Below, piece by piece: positions 63,631-64,000 of a stretch of DNA of 64,000 bases. The notes under the pieces are model-generated. The model saw only the letters and a list, made by a program, of their open reading frames with translations, was not told the origin of the DNA and searched no databases. The position numbers and the translations under genes are program-made. Source of the stretch: Octopus bimaculoides (Eukaryota); the NCBI RefSeq assembly GCF_001194135.2, contig NC_068992.1, forward strand, positions 15,388,850 through 15,452,849. Direction: 5' to 3'. Every line of letters starts with the position of its first letter. Within the stretch, counting starts at the first letter, position 1.

Positions 63631-64000
63631 GGCACGCACCATACATGCATACTTAGATACGTACGTACACACATACATACATACGTCTGTACATACATAT
63701 ATACATACAAGCATACGTACTACGTACATACATGCATACATACATACATACGTACTACGTACATACATGCATACATACATACATACATACGTATGCACAT
63801 ACATACTACGTGCGTGCTTGCTTACATACATACATACAGTAAATTATTAGTGTAACATGAATGGAGTCTCGAGAAGTATTAAAATCTTTCCATTTAACAA
63901 GTATAGTATCTTTACACCATCTTTGAAAAATATTCTAAGTGAACGTTAACAGTGTGAACTTAACACTCTGCCATCTTGTATATTAAGGTTCATACAGTGC

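Overview
AT-rich, microsatellite-saturated eukaryotic DNA with nine assembly gaps. The interspersed repeats resemble the tRNA-derived SINE families of octopod cephalopods, so I infer an Octopus-type genome; this comes from recognising the repeats, not from a search. I see no intact protein-coding gene, functional RNA gene or CRISPR array, and most ORF-track entries are translations of (TA)n, (CA)n, (CAT)n or N runs. The supportable content is mobile DNA: about 30 SINE copies or fragments (Nin/Deu-domain, CORE-like composite and OR-like types), a 2.1 kb 5'-truncated R4/Dong-clade retrotransposon plus a second short R4-like fragment (both next to TAA-type microsatellites), a decayed Penelope ORF fragment, an RTE fragment, and hAT, mariner and possibly pogo-type MITEs. 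The most interesting signals are hammerhead-ribozyme-like motifs of the Penelope type. One (3148-3235) has the core elements in a non-canonical strand order with an upstream decoy strand. Another pair sits in a 266-bp palindrome (60785-61050). Also notable are a tRNA-like cassette bracketed by inverted and direct repeats, a chain of elements inside TAA microsatellites, a possible repeatedly targeted SINE insertion site, a triplicated coding-like relic and a few weak exon candidates. All translations and alignments were done by eye.
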